A stretch of 11,431 nucleotides of DNA from Candidatus Thorarchaeota archaeon. Lineage in GTDB: Archaea; Asgardarchaeota; Thorarchaeia; Thorarchaeales; Thorarchaeaceae. The notes beneath the pieces are model-generated. The model was not told the origin of the DNA. It was given only the letters and a program-made list of their open reading frames with translations, and did no database searches. The stretch lies in contig JAEOUG010000185.1 of assembly GCA_016839445.1 (NCBI GenBank), positions 1 through 11,431 on the forward strand, written 5' to 3'. Of this stretch, positions 1 to 8,524 are shown piece after piece. The position numbers and the translations under genes are program-made. Position 1 is the stretch's first letter; every line of letters starts with the position of its first letter.

Positions 1-2
1 TC

Positions 3-1151
3 AGGTCCGTGTCCGCGTGCATCAACTGTGGCCTCTGCATAAGCCACTGTCCAGTGGTCGGTGCAGTTGGTCTTGAGAAGTTCAGCGGTCCAAGAAGCAT
101 CGCTGTCGAGCTGAGCCGTTCCCCACCAGAATTCTGGTCCACTGCCGACATCGTCTATCTGTGCACTGGTTGCGGGACCTGTCGCGAGGTTTGCCCGAAA
201 AACGTCGACATTCCAGAGGTTGTGAATCTTGTTCGAGCCAGGATATTCCAGCATCGTCCTGATCTTGTTCCCAAGGCGCTTCATCTTGTTCGAGAGACCC
301 TCCACGAACACAGTCTTGCCTTCGAACCATGGGACGACCTGGAGGAGAAACAGGAGAGTCGAGACGTGCGGCTGGAGCGACTGCAAATCCCTCTTGTAGC
401 AGATCGAGTGAAGAAGGGTGCAGAGGTCCTATTCTACCCTGGTTGTCAGGCTGAAGAGCGGGCGCAAGAGGTTCGTGAGGCGGCGAAGGTGATTCTGGAT
501 TACTTCGATGTTGACTTCACACTACTTGAGAACATGACATGCTGTAGCCTTCCAGCTCGACTCGTAGGTGACGACAAGACAGCTCGCGACCTCTCTCAGA
601 AACTGAAGACGGATGTCAAGGGCCTTGGTGTCAAGATGGTTGTCACTACGTGTGCAGGCTGCACAGGAAACCTATCGCATCTGGTAGAGCGCGACCACTG
701 GGGTATCCCTGCCCTGCACATGCTCGAATTCATGAGGAATGAAATAGGGCTGGACCGGCTCAGAGAGGCGTTGAAGAAGGGGCCGAAGTACAGTGATGTG
801 ACGGTCACGGTACATGATCCCTGTCACCTCATACGTCATGCATCTCGCAGCATCATGGACTACGCTGCAGAGCTTCTATCTGTCATTCCCGGGGTCACCG
901 TGAAGGTGTCCGAAGCTCACGACTCGTGTTGCGGAGGCGGCGGTCTGGTCTCTTATCATGCGCGTAATGCTGCGGATGCAGTGGTCTCTGAGAACCTAAA
1001 GGCAATAGAGAAGACAGGCGCAGAGCGTCTGGTGACTCCTTGTCCTCTTTGCACTGCCCAGATAGAGAGCAATCTCTTCAAGAGCGGCAGTTCAGTGGAG
1101 GTTGACGACCTGACAGTCTTCATCGCCCGTCGACTACCGCGGAAGGAGTAG
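3..1151 (+). CDS. HdrD/GlpC-like (Fe-S)-binding oxidoreductase subunit (2x[4Fe-4S] plus two CCG domains), probably 5'-truncated by the window edge
   Basis: Ferredoxin motifs CINCGLCISHCP and CTGCGTCREVCP. CCG-domain motifs YPGC, TCCS (CCG variant), CAGC, HDPCH, CCGGGG and CPLC. The frame is open back to position 3 and the track's GTG at 9 is only 3 codons before the first Cys, so the true start is likely upstream. Confidence 0.9.
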   Translation, partial: RSVSACINCGLCISHCPVVGAVGLEKFSGPRSIAVELSRSPPEFWSTADIVYLCTGCGTCREVCPKNVDIPEVVNLVRARIFQHRPDLVPKALHLVRETLHEHSLAFEPWDDLEEKQESRDVRLERLQIPLVADRVKKGAEVLFYPGCQAEERAQEVREAAKVILDYFDVDFTLLENMTCCSLPARLVGDDKTARDLSQKLKTDVKGLGVKMVVTTCAGCTGNLSHLVERDHWGIPALHMLEFMRNEIGLDRLREALKKGPKYSDVTVTVHDPCHLIRHASRSIMDYAAELLSVIPGVTVKVSEAHDSCCGGGGLVSYHARNAADAVVSENLKAIEKTGAERLVTPCPLCTAQIESNLFKSGSSVEVDDLTVFIARRLPRKE

Positions 1152-1158
1152 ATGTCAC

Positions 1159-2586
1159 TTGCTTGATGATAAGGTGAAGAAACTCGCACTCAAAAGACTC
1201 GTCAAGATTGTTGGTCCGGAGTATGTCCAAGATCAGGAAACCGACCTGATCTTGAACGCCCATGATGCATGGCCTCTGGCGCAGGCGAAGATACGGGCAG
1301 GGGAAGTCCTTCCTGTTGCAGACCTAGTTGTCTTTCCAGAAACGACTGAGCAGGTTTCCGAGGTCCTCGGTGTGGCCAACGAGATGGAGATACCTGTGAC
1401 GCCAGTGGGTGGCGGTGCAGGAACCTGTGGCGGCACGGTTCCACTCTACGGCGGCATCCAGCTGGACCTGAAGAGGATGTGCAGAATCCACGACATCGAC
1501 CACCAGTCAATGACGGTGCGCGTTCAATGTGGCGTGATAGGAATCGATCTTGAGGAAGCTGTGAACAGAGAAGGATACACGACAGGACACACTCCCACTT
1601 CCCTTAGATCATCCAACGTTGGTGGCTTCATTGCCACACGTTCTGGAGGATCCAGGTCCTCTCTCTACGGCAAGATTGAGGACCTCACTCTTGGCTTGCA
1701 GGTCGTTCTTCCGGATGGCTCCATAGTAGAGTGCAAGGCGGTACCTCGTCATTCAGTGGGTCCTGACCTCAAACAGCTATTCATCGGCTCAGAAGGAACG
1801 CTTGGAATCATCACTGAGGCTACTCTCCGCCTCTTTCCCATTCCTGAGTCCCGCCGGTTTCGAGCCTACACCTTTGCAGATGTCCACAGTGGCCTTGAGG
1901 CCATCAGGCTCATCTTCAGAGCTGGCATCAAACCCTCCATTGCCAGGCTATACGATCCCGAGGATGCGTCGTACAGCTTCTCGATGCACTTCGAGTTCGA
2001 AGAGGGCCACTGTATGCTCCTTCTAGCATTCGATGGGCCTCCGGAGAGAGTCAACCTCGATGAGCGTACGTCTCACGAGATATGTCTACAAGAAGGAGGA
2101 TTTGACCAAGGAGAGGGCCCGTCTCGAAGATGGTGGGACCATCGTTACGACATGTACTACCCCACGAGTCTGACTACAAGCGGGTACGCAATTGTCGACA
2201 CGATTGACATAGTGGCAACCTATGACAAGCTGGAGCAGGTGTACATCGCAATGAAGGAGGCGATGGAGGCACACGCTGGGTTTGTAATCTCTCACTTCTC
2301 ACACATGTACGAGAACGGTGGCAGTATCTACATGATCTTCTACACCTCCCAGCCCGACGCGGATGCTGCTTGGAAGAACTACAAGGCAATCTGGGACGCA
2401 GGGGTAGAGGCGTGTCTTGAGCTCGGAGGCACAATGAGTCACCAGCATGGAGTCGGCGTCACTAGGAGTACATACACCGAAGACGAACTCGGCTCAAGCT
2501 TCGCAGTTCTGAAGGCCATAAAGAGCGTATTGGACCCGAAGGGTATCATGAATCCTGGAAAGCTCGGCTTGGGGGTGAGAAACTGA
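1159..2586 (+). CDS. FAD-binding oxidoreductase, VAO/PCMH family, alkyldihydroxyacetonephosphate synthase (AGPS/ADPS)-like
   Basis: FAD-binding segments VVFPETTEQV, PVGGGAG, GHTPTS..SNVGGFIATRSGG..S.LYGKIEDL, GPDLKQLFIGSEGTLGIITEATLRL and C-terminal LDPKGIMNPGKL. It has the ADPS-type motifs SIARLYD, SHFSHMY.NGGSIY and GGTMSHQHGVG rather than the GlcD-type GEHG. TTG start with GGAG at 1145-1148. Confidence 0.88.
   Translation: MLDDKVKKLALKRLVKIVGPEYVQDQETDLILNAHDAWPLAQAKIRAGEVLPVADLVVFPETTEQVSEVLGVANEMEIPVTPVGGGAGTCGGTVPLYGGIQLDLKRMCRIHDIDHQSMTVRVQCGVIGIDLEEAVNREGYTTGHTPTSLRSSNVGGFIATRSGGSRSSLYGKIEDLTLGLQVVLPDGSIVECKAVPRHSVGPDLKQLFIGSEGTLGIITEATLRLFPIPESRRFRAYTFADVHSGLEAIRLIFRAGIKPSIARLYDPEDASYSFSMHFEFEEGHCMLLLAFDGPPERVNLDERTSHEICLQEGGFDQGEGPSRRWWDHRYDMYYPTSLTTSGYAIVDTIDIVATYDKLEQVYIAMKEAMEAHAGFVISHFSHMYENGGSIYMIFYTSQPDADAAWKNYKAIWDAGVEACLELGGTMSHQHGVGVTRSTYTEDELGSSFAVLKAIKSVLDPKGIMNPGKLGLGVRN
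2574..2578 (+). promoter_or_regulatory. Shine-Dalgarno site (GGTGA) for the 2586 gene, with TGATG stop/start overlap (translational coupling)
   Basis: GGTGA lies 7 nt upstream of the ATG at 2586, which overlaps the TGA at 2584-2586. Confidence 0.65.
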
Positions 2587-3707
2587 TGGATGCCGAGAAG
2601 CTGGCTGAGGATGTCAGAATGTGTGCGGCCTGCTCTAAGATGTGCAGACATGTCTGCCCCACGTTCTTCGCCTGGAGAAGTGACTCTCCTACTCCCCATG
2701 GAAGGGCTCTCCTCATCCACCAAGAGATTACAGGTGCCCGAGAGATAGACGCGCGTGGCATCGAAGTGCTATACCAGTGCTTGGAGTGCAGTCATTGCCT
2801 GACCTGGTGCAAACCCGAGATTGACATCGCAACTATCGTGGAGGAGCGTCGACGAGAGATTGTGGCAGCGGAGCAGAGACCTGATGGCCTCCTGAAGATG
2901 GCTGAAGCAATTCGAAAGGACAAGAATCCGTTTGGCGAGCCCCATGCGCAGCGTAGCAACTGGATTCAGAGAACGGAGAGCAAGAATCCTCCGCTTCTCT
3001 ATTTCACAGGCTGCACTGCGGCCTACAGAGAGAAGGACATCGCAGAGAGCAGTGTGGCTATTCTTCAATCCCTAGGTTACTCTGTAATGGTTTCTCCAGA
3101 TGAGGTCTGTTGCGGCTCCCCGCTCTTCCGGACTGGTGACGACACTACAGGTCGTGAATGCGCTGAGGCAAACGCAGATGTCTTGAACAGCCTTGAGGCG
3201 AAAGAGATCATCGTGACTTGCCCAGGGTGTTTCCGCGCCCTGACAGACGACTACTCCCGGCTGGGAGTCGAGCTCAACAAACCCGTTCGTCATATCAGTC
3301 AGCTGTTGACCGAGCATCTCGATGATTTGCCGAGCCTCTCTGATGCTGGTCCTGTCACCTATCACGATCCGTGCCACTTGGGCAGGCACAGCCAGATATT
3401 CGACGAGCCTCGACGAGTGATTGAACGCATGGCCGGCAGGGAGATATCAGAGATGGAAAGGAATCGTGAGAATGCCAGCTGCTGCGGGAATGGTGCGGGC
3501 TTGCGCACTCTGTTTCCCGAACAGGCGAAGATCATTGGTTCAGAGCGGATTGCACATGCGCTACTCACTGGAGCTCGATATCTCATTACAGCTTGTCCCT
3601 TCTGCAAGAATATGCTCTCTTCACAGGCGCCAGATGAGTTGAGAGTACTGGATCTGCCGGAGCTCTTCTTGGAATGTGAAAAGAGTTCTGACACCAAGAG
3701 TGATTAG
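2586..3707 (+). CDS. HdrD/GlpC-like (Fe-S)-binding oxidoreductase subunit (4Fe-4S dicluster plus two CCG domains)
   Basis: CAACSKMCRHVCP and CLECSHCLTWC, NPFGE, YFTGC, EVCCG, CPGC, YHDPCHLGR, CCGNGAG and ACPFC motifs. Confidence 0.92.
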   Translation: MDAEKLAEDVRMCAACSKMCRHVCPTFFAWRSDSPTPHGRALLIHQEITGAREIDARGIEVLYQCLECSHCLTWCKPEIDIATIVEERRREIVAAEQRPDGLLKMAEAIRKDKNPFGEPHAQRSNWIQRTESKNPPLLYFTGCTAAYREKDIAESSVAILQSLGYSVMVSPDEVCCGSPLFRTGDDTTGRECAEANADVLNSLEAKEIIVTCPGCFRALTDDYSRLGVELNKPVRHISQLLTEHLDDLPSLSDAGPVTYHDPCHLGRHSQIFDEPRRVIERMAGREISEMERNRENASCCGNGAGLRTLFPEQAKIIGSERIAHALLTGARYLITACPFCKNMLSSQAPDELRVLDLPELFLECEKSSDTKSD

Positions 3708-3731
3708 CAAAGACTGAGAAGGTAAGACCAT

Positions 3732-4844
3732 ATGGACGCTGAAGAACTACTAGCGCTCAAGATTCGGCTCTTGACACAGGGAGCTACTCTGCCTGAGAAC
3801 GAGTGGCCGGGACGGCGTGGGGGTGCTGGTCCTGTCGGGGGTCGCTACTTCCTACTACCGAACGGGAGAGCCTGCGGTGTTCCCGTAAGGACTGGTGAAT
3901 CTGCTAGAATCTACAACTCAGCCCCGCTCGAACCGACCGACAGGAAGGATGTGTGGCTCTACGACGGGGCAGTAGAGCTTCGCATGATACCCCGTCCGAG
4001 ATTCTACGACCTTGAAACCAAAGAGGGCGTTCCATATCACAAGATTGCGCTCCTGCATGGCGAGAGCACACTGGCAACTACCGTCTTTCAGGCGTGTAGA
4101 TATTGGTCTCATGGAACACAGTGCAAGTTCTGCACTATCCCAATGTCCGCACATAGCGGAGACTCTATTCTTGAGAAGGCCCCGGAGCAGATCTCGGAGG
4201 TTGTAGAGGCAGCAGAGAAGGAGGGTGTGATTAGCGATGTCCTCCTGACAACAGGTACGCCGGAAACCCCCGACATGGGAGCAGAACGACTGGTCCGTAT
4301 CATTGAGTCAATCAGGAAGGTCAGCAAGGTACCCATAGGTGTCCAATTCGAGCCCCCTTCAGATGAATTGATGATTAAGAGAGTTGCAGACGCAGGCGCA
4401 AGTGCAGTTGGAATCCACATCGAGAGTGCCGATGAGTCGGTAAGAGAAGAGATGTGTCCCGGGAAGCATCAGTACGGTCCCTTGGACCTCTACAAGAGGA
4501 GCTGGCAATATGCGTTGGATCTGTTCGGCCGCGGAAACGTCAGCACCTTCATACTACATGGGCTTGGTGAGTCTCTTGAGAAGACGCTGGCGATAACTGA
4601 TGAGCTGGCGGAGGTGGGTGTGTTGCCGGTTGTCGCGCCTGTTCGCCCGGCCAAAGGCAGCCAGCTATCTGATTATGTGCCTACTTATGTCGGGCATCTT
4701 GATCGCTCACTCGATTTCTACAAGGAAGTTGGCAGAATCCTGTTCAGGCATGGACTTGATCCCTCGAGAACTGCGGCCGGCTGTCACAGGTGTGGGGGTT
4801 GCACACCTGACCAAGAGGCATACGACTGGGCGGCTCGCCAGTGA
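3732..4844 (+). CDS. Radical SAM protein, MSMEG_0568/NitD-like family
   Basis: N-terminal GRRGGAGP (3810-3833), PRFYDL.T.EGVPY.KIALLHG...LATTV.Q.C, expanded CX8CX2C motif CRYWSHGTQCKFC (4095-4133), LLTTGTP, QFEPP, and C-terminal AGCHRCGGC (4782-4802). All are recalled as characteristic of this family. Confidence 0.85.
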   Translation: MDAEELLALKIRLLTQGATLPENEWPGRRGGAGPVGGRYFLLPNGRACGVPVRTGESARIYNSAPLEPTDRKDVWLYDGAVELRMIPRPRFYDLETKEGVPYHKIALLHGESTLATTVFQACRYWSHGTQCKFCTIPMSAHSGDSILEKAPEQISEVVEAAEKEGVISDVLLTTGTPETPDMGAERLVRIIESIRKVSKVPIGVQFEPPSDELMIKRVADAGASAVGIHIESADESVREEMCPGKHQYGPLDLYKRSWQYALDLFGRGNVSTFILHGLGESLEKTLAITDELAEVGVLPVVAPVRPAKGSQLSDYVPTYVGHLDRSLDFYKEVGRILFRHGLDPSRTAAGCHRCGGCTPDQEAYDWAARQ

Positions 4845-4858
4845 ACGGCTACCCGATA

Positions 4859-4867
4859 GATTATAGT
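4859..4867 (+). promoter_or_regulatory. Putative archaeal TATA box for a leaderless or near-leaderless GNAT transcript
   Basis: GATTATAGT is the only TATA-like element in the 48-bp spacer and lies about 26 nt upstream of the ATG at 4893. There is no convincing SD. Confidence 0.4.
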
Positions 4868-4892
4868 GTGGCTCACGTGATGCATCTGCACC

Positions 4893-5402
4893 ATGTCTGA
4901 CCTTCCTCCTGAAGAAATACGCATCATCGAGTTTGGAGAGGAGGACGCGGAAGAGATCTCAGAGTTGCTTCATCAGGTCTGGCCCTTGGCCACTGATTAC
5001 CCAGAGCACTGGCGGGCTATGAGGATGTACTCCCCAGAGGAGATTGTCGAGGATATGAGGAATGGCTACCACTACTTCGGTAGCCGTCTGCAGGGTGAGA
5101 TTGTGGGAGTGTACAAAGCCATCGTCACTGACAAGGGCCTCTACGGAGAGCATCAGACGGTGCGACCTGAGTGCAGGGCCACGGGCCTTGCATCCGCCAT
5201 GTACATTCAGTTTGCCGAGTTTGGTCGGCAGCACGGATGCAAGAGGAATTACTGCAACATTCTGGTGGGGCAGGAGGTAGGAGAGCGTCTGATGAAGCGC
5301 TTCGGTTTTCGGCCTTGGGGTGATCCATACGAGCAATCTGAGGGTATGTTTGTTCAGCTCTATGAGCGGCCTCTGGAAGAGTCCTCTCCGAAAGACCTTT
5401 AG
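4893..5402 (+). CDS. GNAT family N-acetyltransferase
   Basis: 169 aa with GNAT topology: IRIIEF.EEDAEEISELL, GEIVG, acetyl-CoA motif A TVRPECRATGLASAM, and the late motif RLMKRFGF. Confidence 0.85.
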   Translation: MSDLPPEEIRIIEFGEEDAEEISELLHQVWPLATDYPEHWRAMRMYSPEEIVEDMRNGYHYFGSRLQGEIVGVYKAIVTDKGLYGEHQTVRPECRATGLASAMYIQFAEFGRQHGCKRNYCNILVGQEVGERLMKRFGFRPWGDPYEQSEGMFVQLYERPLEESSPKDL

Positions 5403-5438
5403 ATAGCTCAATGTGCCGCGAAGTACCGAGGCTATGCA

Positions 5439-7106
5439 ATGGAGATATTCCCAATCCTTGTTGATGGCGAAGAAGTCGATACAGGACGACACATTCCATT
5501 CCCGGACATGGAACGGGTGACCGAAGAACCGGGGTTGGCGATTGCGCTTCAGATGAGAGAGGCTTCCTCATTCTCACGCTTCGTGTTCCAGCGAGCCCCC
5601 TCACTCATTCCTAAGAACGATCCGAACATGAGGTACCTAAGGGACTATCGCAAGTATCATGGTGTTCCGAAGTTCTCCAATGACGAGATAGACGAAACAG
5701 TCTATGCCAGAGTCTCTCTTGCGCGAGAAGAGGACATAGAACGAGCCATTGCAGCAGGAACACGTGACCATCACAAGCTCTACAATCCCCTCAAGCTCCC
5801 TGGGATGGGCGCTACTCTAGATGAACGCGCAGATGCTCTCTATGAGGCAAGCGTCATGCTGAAGAAGCGTTGGGAGGAATTCAAAGAGATCTCGATTAAG
5901 GAGGGGATGCCCATTGGCACACTCAAGTGGGCGTGGGATTTGGGAGCGTGGAGTGACTATCGCACATCGGTTGATGAATGGGGCAAGCTCCTAGAAGTCG
6001 AGGAAGATCCTGGGCTTGACGGAGGCAAGACATACAGGTTCAGAGAGCCCTATGGCATAGCCGCCCTTTTTCCTCCTTACAACGCACCCATCGCCTTGGG
6101 GATATTCAGCATCACTTCCTCGATACTGGCCGGGAACTCCACGATTCTAAAGCCCCCAAACAAGGTTCCTCTAAGCACAATCTGGTTGGGCAGATCCTAT
6201 CATAGAGCGTTTATGGACAAGGGTCTTCCCCCTTCACTCATCCAGGTTCTCACGGGCGGAGGAGTCAAGATGATGAACCGCTTCATGTCAGACTCGCGCG
6301 TCGGCGCTGTGGTCTGGTACGGCGACAGTGACGTTGGGATCAAGTTGTGGTCCGAGGCTGTCGCGCGCAGAGTCCAGATGGCCCCCGAACTGGCTGGAAG
6401 CGATGCCTGCGTTGTGTGGGGTCGAGACGTGGACCTTCACAAGGCCGCCAAGGGAATCGCTAGAGGACGTCTTCTCGGCGCAGGGCAGGCCTGCCTGTCT
6501 ATTAAGCGACTCCTTGTGCAAGACTCATTGTATGATGACCTCCTACCGCTGCTTGTTGAAGAGATGGAGACGCACAAGGTTGGCCTACCATCAGACCCCG
6601 AAGTCACACTCCCTCCTGTGGGGATAACTCCACTCTATCTCCTTATCGACCAGATGGAGGACGCAGTAGGCAAGGGCGCCAGGGTTGAGACCGGTGGCTA
6701 CCGCATGAACTACCTCGCCGAACCGGATCCCGCGGGAATCTTCTACAAACCTACCATTGTGACCAACGTATCGCTCGACATGCGACTAATGCAGGAAGAG
6801 GTGTTTGCCCCAGCGCTTCCTGTGTATCCGATTAAGACGCTTGATGAAGCCATTGCAGTGGCCAACAACTCGCGCTTCGGGTTGAGGTCGAGCATCATCA
6901 CTAGAGACCTCTCCGCCCGGCAGCGGTGGGTGAAGGAAGTTGAGGCGGCTGGTGTCTTGACAGGCGAGGACCATCTCTACTACGATCCCTACATGCCTCA
7001 CCTCGGCGGATACAAGGACTCGGGAATCATCGGTGCCAAGTACTTCACTACGATGCTTACACGCATGAAGTACGTGCACACTGGACGGGACGACCCGATT
7101 GTCTAG
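5439..7106 (+). CDS. Aldehyde dehydrogenase family protein (divergent, with N-terminal insertion)
   Basis: REPYG, PPYNAP (oxyanion Asn), AGNSTILKP, ELAGSD (general-base Glu), GQAC (nucleophile Cys), EEVFAP, ANNSRFGL and GGYKDSG. Confidence 0.92.
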   Translation: MEIFPILVDGEEVDTGRHIPFPDMERVTEEPGLAIALQMREASSFSRFVFQRAPSLIPKNDPNMRYLRDYRKYHGVPKFSNDEIDETVYARVSLAREEDIERAIAAGTRDHHKLYNPLKLPGMGATLDERADALYEASVMLKKRWEEFKEISIKEGMPIGTLKWAWDLGAWSDYRTSVDEWGKLLEVEEDPGLDGGKTYRFREPYGIAALFPPYNAPIALGIFSITSSILAGNSTILKPPNKVPLSTIWLGRSYHRAFMDKGLPPSLIQVLTGGGVKMMNRFMSDSRVGAVVWYGDSDVGIKLWSEAVARRVQMAPELAGSDACVVWGRDVDLHKAAKGIARGRLLGAGQACLSIKRLLVQDSLYDDLLPLLVEEMETHKVGLPSDPEVTLPPVGITPLYLLIDQMEDAVGKGARVETGGYRMNYLAEPDPAGIFYKPTIVTNVSLDMRLMQEEVFAPALPVYPIKTLDEAIAVANNSRFGLRSSIITRDLSARQRWVKEVEAAGVLTGEDHLYYDPYMPHLGGYKDSGIIGAKYFTTMLTRMKYVHTGRDDPIV

Positions 7107-7153
7107 CACCAAGGACAACATTCAACACACAGAACCTCACTCCTGTTCTGGCA

Positions 7154-8524
7154 ATGAGGAAAGAACAAGCAGAGGCGATTGAAGAAAGCCGTGCTCTCAG
7201 GCGAAGGGCCGTCACAGCTCTGAACGAAGCCAGTATCCGATCCGGAACGCCGCTAAGAGCAGTGATTCGTGAGATGCAGACCGCGTCACCAGACTCTGTC
7301 GAATCAACAAGTGCCTCAGGACAGCTCGCCCTCTCGGTCATGCGGCACAGAAACACGATAGACTACCTGACCCAGCGAGTGACGAGGAGTAATGACATTG
7401 GTCAGTCCGCCACGAACGCTCTTCGGCTTGCAGTCTACGAAGCTCTCTGGCTCAATGTTCCACCGGCCCGCCTCATGCGATACTACTCAGAGTGGTTGGA
7501 CCCGTGGAGTAACGCAGTTAATGAAGCACTTGCAGAGAACCTTGATGACCTGCCAGAGAAGATGCCACTCGTCAATCGTCTGAGTCTTACTCTGTCACAC
7601 CCAACCTTCTTGGTGCAGACTCTACTTGATAACATGAAGAGAGAGGATGCGGTTGGTCTTATGCGTGCGTTGAACGGCCCAAGGCGGTACTACGTTCGAC
7701 CCAACCGGCTACAAGGTGGGGGAGCAAGTGGAGGAATGCCTCTCTCGCAGGCAACACAACTCCATCTCGACAAGTACTCCGCTGCCCCTGTAGTGCTTGA
7801 GCAGGACCCAACGATACCACACATCTGGGAGGTGAAGGAAGGGATTCATCACCTAATCGGTTCTCAGGGGTTCAAGGCCGGTGAAGTCATAGTCCAAGAC
7901 AAGGCGAGCGTCCTTGCTGTTGACTCGCTTTGCGCCGATGTGGGAGATAGAGTCTGGGACGCCTGTGCAGCACCGGGCATGAAGACTCAGCTACTGGCTG
8001 AGAGGGTAGGCCCAGACGGCGTGGTCATTGCATCCGACATCTACGAGTCGCGAATTCACATGGCACGACAAGAGAGTGCCAGATTAGGAGCCACGCAAGT
8101 TCAATGGATACGGGCTGACGCCTCCTCACCGGCCGTATCTGAGGCTGACAAGATCCTGATTGATGCTCCATGCACTTCCACAGGAGTGCTGCAGACGTAT
8201 CCCTCTTTCAAATGGAGGTTGAACAAGAAAACCCTGTTTGCGCTCATGACTGTCCAGAACAAGATCCTTGATGGCATTCTCACGCGCTTCTCTGAGAGGC
8301 CCGGAACTGAGATTGTCTATTCCACATGCTCGATTCTTCCACACGAGGGTGAGTCACAGGTCGACTCGGCGCTGTCGCGTCATAATGTTGAGCTTCTTGA
8401 ACCAGCAGTTCCAGGCAGTACTGGCTATCCTGGCTTTGCATGCTCTCCGAAGGTCCGTAGGCTGTTTCCCCACATTCATGGGTGCAATGGCTTCTTCATT
8501 GCCAGACTCAGGGTCATGCAGTAA
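7154..8524 (+). CDS. RsmB/NOP2 (Fmu/NOL1) family RNA cytosine-C5 methyltransferase with a NusB-like N-terminal region
   Basis: SHP.FLV, VRPN.L, VQDKAS, VWDACAAPGMKT, ILIDAPCTSTG (motif IV PC), YSTCS (motif VI TC) and RLFPH.HGCNGFFIARL. NALRLAVYE is a NusB-like helix. The start codon is uncertain. Confidence 0.93.
   Translation: MRKEQAEAIEESRALRRRAVTALNEASIRSGTPLRAVIREMQTASPDSVESTSASGQLALSVMRHRNTIDYLTQRVTRSNDIGQSATNALRLAVYEALWLNVPPARLMRYYSEWLDPWSNAVNEALAENLDDLPEKMPLVNRLSLTLSHPTFLVQTLLDNMKREDAVGLMRALNGPRRYYVRPNRLQGGGASGGMPLSQATQLHLDKYSAAPVVLEQDPTIPHIWEVKEGIHHLIGSQGFKAGEVIVQDKASVLAVDSLCADVGDRVWDACAAPGMKTQLLAERVGPDGVVIASDIYESRIHMARQESARLGATQVQWIRADASSPAVSEADKILIDAPCTSTGVLQTYPSFKWRLNKKTLFALMTVQNKILDGILTRFSERPGTEIVYSTCSILPHEGESQVDSALSRHNVELLEPAVPGSTGYPGFACSPKVRRLFPHIHGCNGFFIARLRVMQ

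Noticed and set aside
1152-1166. ATG immediately after the first gene's stop (MSLA*), possible frameshifted start of the FAD gene
   Set aside because: It is only 4 codons long. The in-frame TTG at 1159 has a usable SD and gives a complete protein, so no frameshift is needed.
1159-2586. Annotation as glcD / D-lactate dehydrogenase
   Set aside because: It lacks the GEHG and H.GDGN.H motifs and has ADPS-type residues instead.
3732-4844. Annotation as biotin synthase or lipoyl synthase
   Set aside because: There is no canonical CX3CX2C or LipA CX4CX5C motif. GRRGGAGP and the C-terminal GCxxCxxC fit the MSMEG_0568 family better.
82-4866. Numerous 60-111 aa alternative-frame or antisense ORFs within the Fe-S/FAD/radical SAM genes
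   Set aside because: They are nested in or overlap strongly supported CDSs and are expected by chance at this GC content.
4959-5604. Minus-strand ORFs of 177 and 159 aa
   Set aside because: They are antisense to the well-supported GNAT and ALDH genes and have no recognisable motifs.
7130-7150. Hairpin CAGAAC-N9-GTTCTG between the ALDH and RsmB genes
   Set aside because: A 6-bp stem without a U-tract is too weak to call a terminator or operator.
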